From the NCBI GenBank assembly GCA_035371905.1, contig DAORXQ010000002.1, positions 1 to 50,890 on the forward strand: a DNA stretch of 50,890 nucleotides, written 5' to 3'. Position 1 is the stretch's first letter, and the number at the start of each line of letters is the position of its first letter. Source of the stretch: a bacterium. GTDB taxonomy: Bacteria > Ratteibacteria > UBA8468 > B48-G9 > JAFGKM01. The notes under the pieces are model-generated. The model had not been told where the DNA came from and did no database searches. It worked only from the letters and a program-made list of their open reading frames with translations. Made by a program: the position numbers and the translations under genes. This document shows positions 26,996-35,727 of this stretch, piece after piece.

Positions 26996-28491
26996 TCGGG
27001 ACTCCTTAAAGAGATTAAATACTTTATAAAGACAAAAATAGAAATAAATTCCAACCTTCCAATCCACATTTCAATTATATATGTTATTTTTAAAATACCT
27101 GGCATATCTGGATTTGTAATTCCAACAGAAAGTCCAACATTTGCACATGCAGAAGTTGATTCAAAAAGAGAATGTATAAATGGATATCCTAAAAAAGTTC
27201 CGATTATTCCTCCAATAAGATATGTGACTAAATACATTATTGAAATTATTGCTACTGTTTTAATCTGTACATCAGATAAACTTATATCCTTTATATGGTG
27301 ATATTTTTCAATAATAACAGTGGAAAAAGGATAACTGTACCCTTTAATTTCCTTTTTTATTTCTTTAAAAATAAGTCCAATTCTCAAAATTTTTATCCCT
27401 CCACTTGTTGAACATGAACACCCACCAAGCCCCATCGCAATTGTTAAAATTATCAGTGAAAAGTCATTCCAGTAAGTTTTGAAATGATAAGGGTCAATAT
27501 TTGTATATCCAACTCCTGTATGTCCTGATATTATCTGATAAAAAACAATTCTGAAACCCGAAATAAAATCAATATTTTTGACACTTTTTAAAAATCCCGC
27601 AAAACATAAAAAAGTAAGAGAAATAATACTTATCAGAAAAACTTTGAATTCATAATTTTCAAATATTTCTTTGAATTTTCCTGTCCAGACAGCATAATGA
27701 AGGGCAAAACTTGTTGCACCAAGTATAACAATAAGAGCAGTTATCAAATCAACAAGACCGCTGTGATAATAAACAATATTCTGTGTTTGGACTGCAAAAC
27801 CAGCGGTATCCCATCCAGCCATAAACAAACATATAGCATGGAAAAAACCTCTTGAAGGAGAAAAACCATGAAGAATATTTACAAATCCTAAAATTAGTGT
27901 AAAAACTATCAAATAACACGTACTTACAATCCAGATGAATTTTGATGTTTGAACAACATTTGGAAGAATTTTTTCCTCTCTTGCTTCACCCACGTAAATT
28001 TTAAAAGCACTTGCTCCTTTAAAAAAAATCAATAATCCAAGTAAAATTATTCCCTGACCACCTATAAAACACATAAAATGTCGCCAGAAATTATAAGAAT
28101 GTGCCATATGGTCAAGGTCATTAACAAGTACAAGTCCAGTGGTTGCAAGAGCACTCATTGCTTCAAAACAACTATCCATATAAGATTTATAATGACCTGA
28201 TAAGTAGAGGGGTATTGCGCCAAGAAACATATAGATAAGCCATATCAATGAAGCAATTGTCATTCCTTGTCTCCAGTTTATATCAGAACTTTCAGGAAAT
28301 TGTGAGACAATTAAATATCCAATTGAAAGGGAAAATAAAGATGTAAATATAAAATCAAGTGCTGGATTCCATTCTTTATATAAAATTGCAATGAAAAGGG
28401 GGAATAGCAGTAAATAGCCAATTAAAATTATTAATTTTCCAGTATAATGAAAAATCCCTTTTAAGTCATCTCTTGAAAATTGTGGTATCAT
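26992..28491 (-). CDS. trkH: TrkH/KtrB family potassium (cation) transporter membrane subunit
   Basis: 499 aa, polytopic, with repeated pore-loop-like GxG segments (ATTGLV, GGQGI, AGWDTAGF, TSGGIK, NVGLSVG) typical of the TrkH/KtrB MPM repeats. Confidence 0.9.
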   Translation of the reverse strand: MIPQFSRDDLKGIFHYTGKLIILIGYLLLFPLFIAILYKEWNPALDFIFTSLFSLSIGYLIVSQFPESSDINWRQGMTIASLIWLIYMFLGAIPLYLSGHYKSYMDSCFEAMSALATTGLVLVNDLDHMAHSYNFWRHFMCFIGGQGIILLGLLIFFKGASAFKIYVGEAREEKILPNVVQTSKFIWIVSTCYLIVFTLILGFVNILHGFSPSRGFFHAICLFMAGWDTAGFAVQTQNIVYYHSGLVDLITALIVILGATSFALHYAVWTGKFKEIFENYEFKVFLISIISLTFLCFAGFLKSVKNIDFISGFRIVFYQIISGHTGVGYTNIDPYHFKTYWNDFSLIILTIAMGLGGCSCSTSGGIKILRIGLIFKEIKKEIKGYSYPFSTVIIEKYHHIKDISLSDVQIKTVAIISIMYLVTYLIGGIIGTFLGYPFIHSLFESTSACANVGLSVGITNPDMPGILKITYIIEMWIGRLEFISIFVFIKYLISLRSPE

Positions 28492-28640
28492 GGAAGTTTA
28501 ATAAGTTTATTAAAAGAGGAATAAAGAATAAAGTTTAAAACCAAAGACAAAAAAAATATAAAAAGAACATAAAAAATTTCTACAAATATTCCGGCAGAAC
28601 CTTTATAAAAAACATTAATATATTTTAAAATTTTTTTCAT
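28488..28640 (-). CDS. Unannotated 50-aa single-helix membrane micro-protein between trkA and trkH
   Basis: Hand translation of the minus strand gives MKKILKYINVFYKGSAGIFVEIFYVLFIFFLSLVLNFILYSSFNKLIKLP*. Its ATG overlaps the trkA stop (ATGA at 28640-28637) and its TGA overlaps the trkH ATG (ATGA at 28491-28488). GGAGAGG lies about 11 nt upstream. It fills an otherwise empty 145-nt gap. Confidence 0.5.
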   Translation of the reverse strand: MKKILKYINVFYKGSAGIFVEIFYVLFIFFLSLVLNFILYSSFNKLIKLP

Positions 28641-29305
28641 ACTTCTTTTACCTCTCCTATCAAAGAATTCAAAAGTAGGTTTTCATTTTCTACTTTTGTT
28701 ATTGCGATAACTTCATCATTTTCTTTAAAAGTAAAATCACTTTTAGGTATAAATAAATCATCTCCTCTCATAACTGCAACTATAACAGAGTCATCTGGTA
28801 AATTAATTTCATTTATTTTTTTACCTAAAACAGGTGATTTTTCAGGTAAGTCAATTCTTAAAATTGAAAGTTTTCCTTTTTTAAATGTAAATAATGTTAT
28901 AAAGTCCTCCCAATTTACTTCTTCTTCAATAATTTTTGCTATCAATGAAGTTCCACTTATTGCAACATCAACACCGAGTTGATAGAATGTTTTTTCATTT
29001 TTTGGATTATTTACCCTTGCAACTACCCTTTTAACATTAAAAATTTCTTTTGCTATCTGACATATTACCAGATTATCCTCATCACTTCCTGTTACAGCAG
29101 CCAGACAATCTGCTTTCTTAATTCCTGCATTTTTTAAAACTTCAGGGTCGCATCCATCACCCGTTATTACAAGACAGTTTAATTTTTCTGCAATTTTTTC
29201 ACTTATTTTTGTTTCCTTTTCAATTAAAACAACATAATGATTATCGCTCAATTTTTCAGATAAATAATAACCTACATTTCCACCACCAACTATAATTATA
29301 TTCAT
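28637..29305 (-). CDS. trkA: TrkA/KtrA-type potassium transporter peripheral subunit (RCK: TrkA-N + TrkA-C)
   Basis: 222 aa. MNIIIVGGGNVGYYL Rossmann (GxGxxG) followed by a C-terminal TrkA-C-like domain. Confidence 0.9.
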   Translation of the reverse strand: MNIIIVGGGNVGYYLSEKLSDNHYVVLIEKETKISEKIAEKLNCLVITGDGCDPEVLKNAGIKKADCLAAVTGSDEDNLVICQIAKEIFNVKRVVARVNNPKNEKTFYQLGVDVAISGTSLIAKIIEEEVNWEDFITLFTFKKGKLSILRIDLPEKSPVLGKKINEINLPDDSVIVAVMRGDDLFIPKSDFTFKENDEVIAITKVENENLLLNSLIGEVKEV

Positions 29306-29937
29306 TATTTCAAAATCCTTTTAAATTTATTTAAATTTTTCCTTTCAGTTATACCTATGATTATATCATCTTTTTCAATTTTAAAGTTTTTATCGGGAAC
29401 AATTCCTTTATTTCCTCTTATTATAGCAAAAATTTGAAGTTCACCATTAACATTTATTTCTTCAATTTTTTTCCCGACAAAATTTTCATTTTTCAATTCA
29501 ACAATTGCAAAATCTTCATTTTCTATGAGATGGGTTGAATATATTTTTTTTGTAAGCCCTTCTTTTATAAGAGAAGCAATAAGGGTTGTTGTATTTATTG
29601 TTTCTATATCAAGTAATTTGCATATTTTTTCTTTATTTGGGTCAGAAATTCTTATTATAACCTTTGGTACTTTAAACATTTTTTTTGCAACCTGACCTAT
29701 AACTATATTGGCATTATCATTACTTGTAATTACTGCTATAGCATCTGCTTTTTCAATTCCTGCTTCTTTTAAAACATCTATATCAAGTGCATCTCCTAAT
29801 TTTGTTATTCCATTAAAATCAATCAGTTTTTCAAAACTCTTTTCATCCTTATCTATAACGACCACATCATTCTTTTCATCAAATAATTTTGCAAGATAAG
29901 AACCAATTTTACCACAACCAACAATAATTATGTACAT
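29305..29937 (-). CDS. trkA: TrkA/KtrA-type RCK subunit (second paralog)
   Basis: 210 aa. MYIIIVGCGKIGSYL Rossmann plus a TrkA-C domain. TAATG 1-nt overlap with the downstream trkA paralog. Confidence 0.9.
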   Translation of the reverse strand: MYIIIVGCGKIGSYLAKLFDEKNDVVVIDKDEKSFEKLIDFNGITKLGDALDIDVLKEAGIEKADAIAVITSNDNANIVIGQVAKKMFKVPKVIIRISDPNKEKICKLLDIETINTTTLIASLIKEGLTKKIYSTHLIENEDFAIVELKNENFVGKKIEEINVNGELQIFAIIRGNKGIVPDKNFKIEKDDIIIGITERKNLNKFKRILK

Positions 29938-29939
29938 TC

Positions 29940-31145
29940 TTATAACCCCTTTAAAAAACTATTTATAAATTTTTCTCCTTCAATATATCCAATTTTACCA
30001 TTTTTACAACTTTCTTCATCAAATTTTTCAACTTCGTCTGGTTTATTTAGGGGAGAATAGATAACAAACGGAACATAACCTACCTGATGTGATTTTAATT
30101 TAACAGGAGTATAATGGTCAGGAAGAATAGCAATACTGGTGGATTTTAAATCAATATTTTCAAGAATTATTTTTACCAATCTTTTATCAAAGTCCTCTAT
30201 ACATTTTATCTTCAATTCAAGATTTCCTTCATGACCTGCCTCATCAATTCCTTCAACATGTACATAAACAAAATCAAATTTTTTCAGTGCCTCAATAGCA
30301 TATTCTGCTTTTCCTTCATAGTTTGTATTCCATAGTCCTGTTGCACCAGGAACATTTATAACTTCAAATCCAATCATTTTCCCAATTCCTTTAATTAAAT
30401 CAACTGCTGAAATTACAGCGCCTTTAATTTTAAATTTATCATAAAATTTTTCAAGATTTGGCTTTTTACCCGGCGACCATGGCCATATATAATTTGCTTT
30501 TTCTTTTCCCTCTTTTGCTCTTTTTAAATTAACAGGATGATTTTCAAGATATTTATTTGATTCAATTATTAGATTATTTAAGAATTCTGCTGTTTTCTTA
30601 TCTTTTTCTGTTTTTCCTTCAATCATTATTTTTTCTATATCATATCCGTAATAATCGTGTGGAGGATAACATTTAATATCTTCAGAAAAATCATTTTTTA
30701 AAATGAGTATATTTTTAAATCCAAGTCCTGGATAAAATTTAACCTTTTCACTACCAAGTTTTTTATTTAAAAAATCAATTAATTCTTTACTTTCCTCTGT
30801 TGAAATATATCCTGCAGAATAACTTTCAATTTTCCCTTCTTTTACAGTTATAAGATTACATCTGAAGGCAATTTCATTTTCTTTAAGTTCAATTCCATTT
30901 GCATATGCTTCAAGTACGCCTCTTCCTGTATAAACATTTTTAGGGTTATATCCAAGTATTGATAAATTTGCAACTCCTGAATCAGTAATAAAATTATCAG
31001 GTATTGTTTTCAGCATCCCTGAACAACCCAATTTTGTTATATAATCAATATTTGGTTTTTTAGCAACCTGTAAAGGTGTCTTATTATTCAGTTCTTCAAC
31101 AGGCAAATCTGCTGCTCCATCCATAATCATAACTATGTATTTCAT
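29940..31145 (-). CDS. Cofactor-independent phosphoglycerate mutase-like protein of the 'proposed homoserine kinase' clade
   Basis: 401 aa. MKYIVMIMDGAADLP...KTPLQVAKKPNIDY...SGVANLSILGYNP...RGVLEA, and the alkaline-phosphatase-superfamily metal site (HVEGIDEAGHEG, PDHYTP). ATGA overlap with the thrC stop. Confidence 0.8.
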   Translation of the reverse strand: MKYIVMIMDGAADLPVEELNNKTPLQVAKKPNIDYITKLGCSGMLKTIPDNFITDSGVANLSILGYNPKNVYTGRGVLEAYANGIELKENEIAFRCNLITVKEGKIESYSAGYISTEESKELIDFLNKKLGSEKVKFYPGLGFKNILILKNDFSEDIKCYPPHDYYGYDIEKIMIEGKTEKDKKTAEFLNNLIIESNKYLENHPVNLKRAKEGKEKANYIWPWSPGKKPNLEKFYDKFKIKGAVISAVDLIKGIGKMIGFEVINVPGATGLWNTNYEGKAEYAIEALKKFDFVYVHVEGIDEAGHEGNLELKIKCIEDFDKRLVKIILENIDLKSTSIAILPDHYTPVKLKSHQVGYVPFVIYSPLNKPDEVEKFDEESCKNGKIGYIEGEKFINSFLKGL

Positions 31146-32503
31146 TTTAAGTCCTTTAAAAATTTTTTGAATATATTATAGTTATTTTCAAGAACAATAA
31201 ATTTTTCTTCTTTTGAAATTAGATTCTTTAGTGTCTCCGGCATTTCTGGTTCAATTCCAAGAACTTCTTTTATTACTTCCGGAAATTTCCCTGGATGGGC
31301 TGTTTCAATTGAAATTACAGGTTCATCTATATTTGATTTTTCAAAAGCAGCAATTCCAACAGCGCCATGTGGGTCAAGTATAATTTTATATTTCTGATAG
31401 TATTTTTTTATTGTTTCTTTTACCTCTTCATCTTTTATTGAAAATGAAACAAAATCTTCTTTCATCTTTTTCATATCAGGTTTTTCTTTTAAGACACCAT
31501 GTTTTATTACTTTACCATCTATACTTCTTTCATCATAAATCCAGCCACCATATAAATCAATTAAACGCGCTAAATTGCTTGGGTGTCCAACATTCATCGC
31601 ATTAGAATTACATTTTCTTGAGGGAATTACGGGTTTATATTCTCCTGTTTCCAGAAATTTTGGAAATTCATCATTTTCATTTACTGCAACTATAAATTTT
31701 TCAACAGGTAAACCCATTTTTTTAGCAATAACACCTCCCATTAAGTTACCAAAATTTCCAGAGGGAACAGAAAAGACAATTTTTTCAAAATTTAATTTTG
31801 AAAAAGCATAGAAATAATAAACACTTTGTGGTAATAATCGTGAAATATTTATTGAATTTGCAGAAGTCAAATTTAAATTCTTTAATTCTGGGTCGTTGAA
31901 AGCCATTTTAACCAAACTCTGACAGTCATCAAACTTCCCTTTTAAAGCAATTGGAATTATGTTTTTGTTTAATGTAGTCATTTGTTTTCTTTGAACTTCT
32001 GTTATTTCTCTTTCAGGAAATAGAACAACCACTTTTATATTTTCTTTATCAAAAAATGCACTGGCAATTGCTCCACCTGTATCTCCTGAAGTTGCAACAA
32101 GTACTGTAAGATTCAAATTTTCCTCATCTGCAAGATATTGCATAATTTCAGCCATAAATCTTGCTGCAAAATCTTTGAATGAAGCAGTTGGTCCTCTGTC
32201 AAGATAAAGAATATATAAATTTTCATTTATTTTTTCTAAAGGAACTTCAAAATTGTAAGCCCTTTCAACAATTTCATTTATTTTTTCAGAGGGGATTTCA
32301 TTTTCCAGAAATTTAGAAAGGGCAGAGAATGCGATTTGAGAATAACTTTTTCCTTTTAATAAATCTATTTCTGTCTTTTTTAAAAAAGGGATTTTAACAG
32401 GCATATAAAGTCCGTAATCAGGTGCCTGTCCTTTTAAAACAGCATATTTAAAATCAACAACTTCTGATGCTCTATTTGTACTTCTATATAAAATCTTTTC
32501 CAT
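31142..32503 (-). CDS. thrC: Threonine synthase
   Basis: MEKILYRSTN... N-terminus; PLP-lysine region GPTASFKDFAARF; SGDTGGA; SANSINISRLLPQ. The track start at 32542 is a TTG; the ATG at 32503 gives the canonical N-terminus. Confidence 0.92.
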   Translation of the reverse strand: MEKILYRSTNRASEVVDFKYAVLKGQAPDYGLYMPVKIPFLKKTEIDLLKGKSYSQIAFSALSKFLENEIPSEKINEIVERAYNFEVPLEKINENLYILYLDRGPTASFKDFAARFMAEIMQYLADEENLNLTVLVATSGDTGGAIASAFFDKENIKVVVLFPEREITEVQRKQMTTLNKNIIPIALKGKFDDCQSLVKMAFNDPELKNLNLTSANSINISRLLPQSVYYFYAFSKLNFEKIVFSVPSGNFGNLMGGVIAKKMGLPVEKFIVAVNENDEFPKFLETGEYKPVIPSRKCNSNAMNVGHPSNLARLIDLYGGWIYDERSIDGKVIKHGVLKEKPDMKKMKEDFVSFSIKDEEVKETIKKYYQKYKIILDPHGAVGIAAFEKSNIDEPVISIETAHPGKFPEVIKEVLGIEPEMPETLKNLISKEEKFIVLENNYNIFKKFLKDLK

Positions 32504-32557
32504 AATTTTATATGATATTACCGTTTTTTTGAAAAAAGTCAATATCAGGTGAAATAG

Positions 32558-32585
32558 TTGATTTTTTTTTAATGGAAAGTATAAT
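32558..32585 (+). promoter_or_regulatory. Candidate promoter for tRNA-Leu (and possibly the HU gene)
   Basis: TTGATT (32558-32563), a 16-nt spacer, TATAAT (32580-32585). The tRNA 5' end is 15 nt downstream of the -10. Confidence 0.45.
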
Positions 32586-32599
32586 CTAAATATATCAAA

Positions 32600-32685
32600 G
32601 CCGGAGTGGTGGAACTGGCAGACGCGCCGGACTCAAAATCCGGTGGAGCCCAAACTCCGTGAGGGTTCAAATCCCTCCTCCGGCA
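32600..32685 (+). tRNA. tRNA-Leu (anticodon CAA), class II with a long variable arm
   Basis: GCCGGAGTGGTGGAACTGGCAGACGCGCCGGACTCAAAATCCGGTGGAGCCCAAACTCCGTGAGGGTTCAAATCCCTCCTCCGGCA has a GCCGGAG/CTCCGGC acceptor stem, a CCGGA/TCCGG anticodon stem with a CT-CAA-AA loop, a long variable arm and a GAGGG/CCCTC T stem. Confidence 0.92.
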
Positions 32686-32707
32686 TTCTTAAAAAAGGGA
32701 TTTATCT

Positions 32708-32977
32708 ATGATAAAGAAAGAAATTGTTGAGAAAATATCAGAATCAACGGGTTTAAATAAGACAATAGTTAAGAGTGTAATTGATGAGTTTTTAAATATA
32801 ATGAAAAATTGTCTTGAAAACACGGAAAGGATTGAACTCAGAAATTTTGGAGTGTTTTACTTTAAAAAAGTAAAGGAAAAAAAGGCAAGAAATCCAAAAA
32901 CAGGAGAAGAGGTTATTATTCCTGAAAGAACTAAGATAGTTTTCAAGGTATCAAAAAATATAAAAAAGAAAAAATAA
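32708..32977 (+). CDS. hup: HU/IHF family nucleoid-associated DNA-binding protein
   Basis: 89 aa. Canonical HU pattern (K.EIV..I....GL.K......V..F....., the RNFG.F arm start, ARNPKTGE...IP, V.FK.S). Confidence 0.9.
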   Translation: MIKKEIVEKISESTGLNKTIVKSVIDEFLNIMKNCLENTERIELRNFGVFYFKKVKEKKARNPKTGEEVIIPERTKIVFKVSKNIKKKK

Positions 32978-32979
32978 AA

Positions 32980-34830
32980 TTATTCTTCTTTTATATTTAA
33001 AATTACAGGTAATTTATCGTAGAATGATACTTTTCTATAGAAATTTTTAAATCTTGAGTATTCTTCTGGACTTATTTCCATTTTATTTATTTCAAAAATT
33101 CTTCTAAAAATTAAACCTGAATCTGTTTTTTTAAACTCATTAAAAAATTTAGCAAATTCTTCATTTATTTCTACAGATGATGGAATTGCTTCTATTTCTG
33201 TTTTTTCTGGAAGTTTATACTCTATTATTTCCTCTTTTCTATAATATGTATTTAATCTTAATGGATATTTCCTTTCTTCAAGAGAAACAATAGAAAGATC
33301 AACCAGTTTATCTATAAGAGCAGGTTGAAAAATGATTTTATTTCCTACTTTTATTCCATAATTATTTGTTGAAAATTTATACTTTTCTATCAATTGGTTT
33401 TCCATTGATTCAAGACCTGATATTTCAAGAGAAATTAATTTTGTTCCTGGAAGAATTGAATTTAATTCTTTACTTAATGACCTTTCTCTTTCTATCTGTT
33501 TTAGATATCTGAAAGCATTTCTTAATCCTGCTTCAAAAATACCAGAAGGGATTACTGTAACTTCACCTGTTAAATTTCCACTTCTATCTAAACTTGCATA
33601 AACTATTCTTTTTCTTAAATTTCTTTCAGGTTGTGAAACTGGAATTTTTACCAGTTCAGGATTTTCTCCACATACAAGTGAATATTTATCCTGTTCATAA
33701 GGCGGGATATCAGGATATTTCATAACTTCAGTAGTTGGGTCAAGAAATAAATAATTGTTCTCTTTTAATACAGCAAGTATTGCATGATTGAACTGACCGG
33801 GAAAAGGAATTTCTTTTTCTACTTTTCTTTCTGTATTTACAAGAGCAATATAAGATTTTATTCCAGCTATTTCAAGCATTTTTTTTAATAAATTTGCTTT
33901 ATCTTTGCAATCACCATATTTTGCTTTTAGAACTTCTTCTGGATGATGCGGTTTATATCCATGTATTCCCATTTCAAGTCCAACATATCTGATATTTGAA
34001 CATACATAGTTATAAATTGAAACAATTTTTTCTTCTTCTGTTTTTTTATTTTTTATAAGTTGCTCAACAACTTCTTCAATTTCTTTCCCTTTACTTTTTT
34101 CTGTTTTTGATATTTCAAAAAACCATTTTCCTATTTCTTCCCATGATGAAAAAGTAGAAACATAAACTTTTGGAACTACTTCACTTAAAGATGGCATCAG
34201 AATTTCTTCAATAATTGGTGGAACATTTCTTTTTTCCCAGATATAAGTTATATAATCAAAACTTTCCTTTTTTTCAAATAGTTTTATATCTTTTTCATAT
34301 ATTTGAATTTTTATTTTCTTAGGAATTTTTAATTCGTATCTTGAAAGTGCAAAATTTTCTGTTGATTGAAAATAAAAACCATCCCAGAAATGCTTTTCTA
34401 TAAGTGGTTTAAATGTAATAATTTGATACTTATATTCAATAATACTTCCAATCTCAACACCAGGAAAATTTATACTCATTACTTTATATCCTGGATAAAG
34501 GGATGAATACTCTGTAAATTCAGCAGGAATAACTATTTTTATATCCTGAGATGTTATTTTTATTTTTTTTCCTGAAGGTAATATTGTGTATCCTTCAATA
34601 AATTTTACTTTCTCTCTTTCTGAATCAAAAGGAATCTGTAAGTGACTGAATTTTTTCCCTTTTTCATTTTCAATTTTAATTTTTTGGTGTATCAATGTTT
34701 CTTTAGTGTAATTTGAGGATAATTTAACAGAAGCAAAATCAATCAGATAAATATTTTCACTATTGTTGGCATGAATAAAAAAACTAAAGAAAAGAAAAAT
34801 AAATAAAATTATTCTATATTTACAACTCAT
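32980..34830 (-). CDS. Exported DUF3857 + transglutaminase-like cysteine protease-fold protein
   Basis: 616 aa. N-terminal signal-like helix; central transglutaminase core with catalytic Cys context KYGDCKDKANLLKKML and downstream H (FNHAILAV) and D (FLDPT). ATGA overlap with the upstream small membrane ORF. Confidence 0.78.
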   Translation of the reverse strand: MSCKYRIILFIFLFFSFFIHANNSENIYLIDFASVKLSSNYTKETLIHQKIKIENEKGKKFSHLQIPFDSEREKVKFIEGYTILPSGKKIKITSQDIKIVIPAEFTEYSSLYPGYKVMSINFPGVEIGSIIEYKYQIITFKPLIEKHFWDGFYFQSTENFALSRYELKIPKKIKIQIYEKDIKLFEKKESFDYITYIWEKRNVPPIIEEILMPSLSEVVPKVYVSTFSSWEEIGKWFFEISKTEKSKGKEIEEVVEQLIKNKKTEEEKIVSIYNYVCSNIRYVGLEMGIHGYKPHHPEEVLKAKYGDCKDKANLLKKMLEIAGIKSYIALVNTERKVEKEIPFPGQFNHAILAVLKENNYLFLDPTTEVMKYPDIPPYEQDKYSLVCGENPELVKIPVSQPERNLRKRIVYASLDRSGNLTGEVTVIPSGIFEAGLRNAFRYLKQIERERSLSKELNSILPGTKLISLEISGLESMENQLIEKYKFSTNNYGIKVGNKIIFQPALIDKLVDLSIVSLEERKYPLRLNTYYRKEEIIEYKLPEKTEIEAIPSSVEINEEFAKFFNEFKKTDSGLIFRRIFEINKMEISPEEYSRFKNFYRKVSFYDKLPVILNIKEE

Positions 34831-35114
34831 TTAATGTTTTCGGGTATTTGCGTTTCTGGAATTGTGTTTTCTGCCGGTCTATACAGATATAAATAATAAT
34901 TTAGTTTATTTAGTGAATCTCCACCACTTTTTTTCTGCCATAAACTAACTACATAGTAGTAATAAACTCCTAATCCGAAAAGGATTAAGGATAGAATAAA
35001 GATTATAATTCCTTTTTTTCTATTTACTTCGTCTACCATCATAGATAGAAAAAAACCTAAAAAACTGATTCCAATTACAACAAGCGCCATCATATATCCA
35101 ACTTCAAATTCCAT
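34827..35114 (-). CDS. Small membrane protein (two predicted helices)
   Basis: 95 aa. GGGAGG RBS (gggaggtaaaaATG). Two hydrophobic helices. Translationally coupled to the transglutaminase-like gene. Confidence 0.55.
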   Translation of the reverse strand: MEFEVGYMMALVVIGISFLGFFLSMMVDEVNRKKGIIIFILSLILFGLGVYYYYVVSLWQKKSGGDSLNKLNYYLYLYRPAENTIPETQIPENIK

Positions 35115-35139
35115 TTTTACCTCCCGTTATTTTTTTATT

Positions 35140-35727
35140 TTACTCTCCAATTTCAAATCTTACAAATTTTTTTACTTTAATATTTTCACCCAATTTTGCA
35201 ATCTTTGATTTTATATAATCTTCTATTGTTATTTCCTCGTCCTTTATGAACTGTTGTTTTAAAAGAACATTTTCTCTGTAAAAATCCTGTAATTTCCCAT
35301 CAACTATTTTATCCAGAACAGAAGGAGGTTTATCCTTATACTCTTCTTTTATTTCTTCTATTTTCTTTTTTAAAATTTCCTCAGGTATTGAATCAACATC
35401 TATCCATTTAGGTTTCATTGCAGCAATTTGAAGACATAAATTTTTCACAAGTTCTTCAAATTCACTATTTTTTGCAACAAAGTCGGATTCGCAATTTACT
35501 TCTATCAAAACACCGATTTTTCCATTTGTATGTACATAAGAACCAATTAAACCTTCTTTTGCTTCCTTTCCTGCCTTTTTTTCTGAAATTTCAAGCCCTC
35601 TTTTTTTAAGTATTTCAAGTGCTTTTTCAAAATTACCATTTGCCTCTTCAAGTGCCTTTTTACATTCCATTACACTTAAACCAGTTTTTTCTCTTAAATC
35701 CTTAATTTTTGATGTATCTAATTTCAT
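35140..35727 (-). CDS. tsf: Translation elongation factor Ts (short form)
   Basis: 195 aa. The UBA-like N-terminus IKDLREKTGLSVMECKKALEEANGNFEKALEILKK is diagnostic. ATGA overlap with the rpsB stop. Confidence 0.93.
   Translation of the reverse strand: MKLDTSKIKDLREKTGLSVMECKKALEEANGNFEKALEILKKRGLEISEKKAGKEAKEGLIGSYVHTNGKIGVLIEVNCESDFVAKNSEFEELVKNLCLQIAAMKPKWIDVDSIPEEILKKKIEEIKEEYKDKPPSVLDKIVDGKLQDFYRENVLLKQQFIKDEEITIEDYIKSKIAKLGENIKVKKFVRFEIGE

Noticed and set aside
26996-27067. Longer N-terminal extensions given by the ORF track (e.g. 26996-27067, 19668-19700, 18452-18472, 32504-32542, 43261-43281, 40163-40195, 11002-11028)
   Set aside because: Several begin with TTG and overlap the upstream gene. 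Internal ATGs with GGAG-type RBS give canonical N-termini, so the shorter starts were preferred, with moderate uncertainty.
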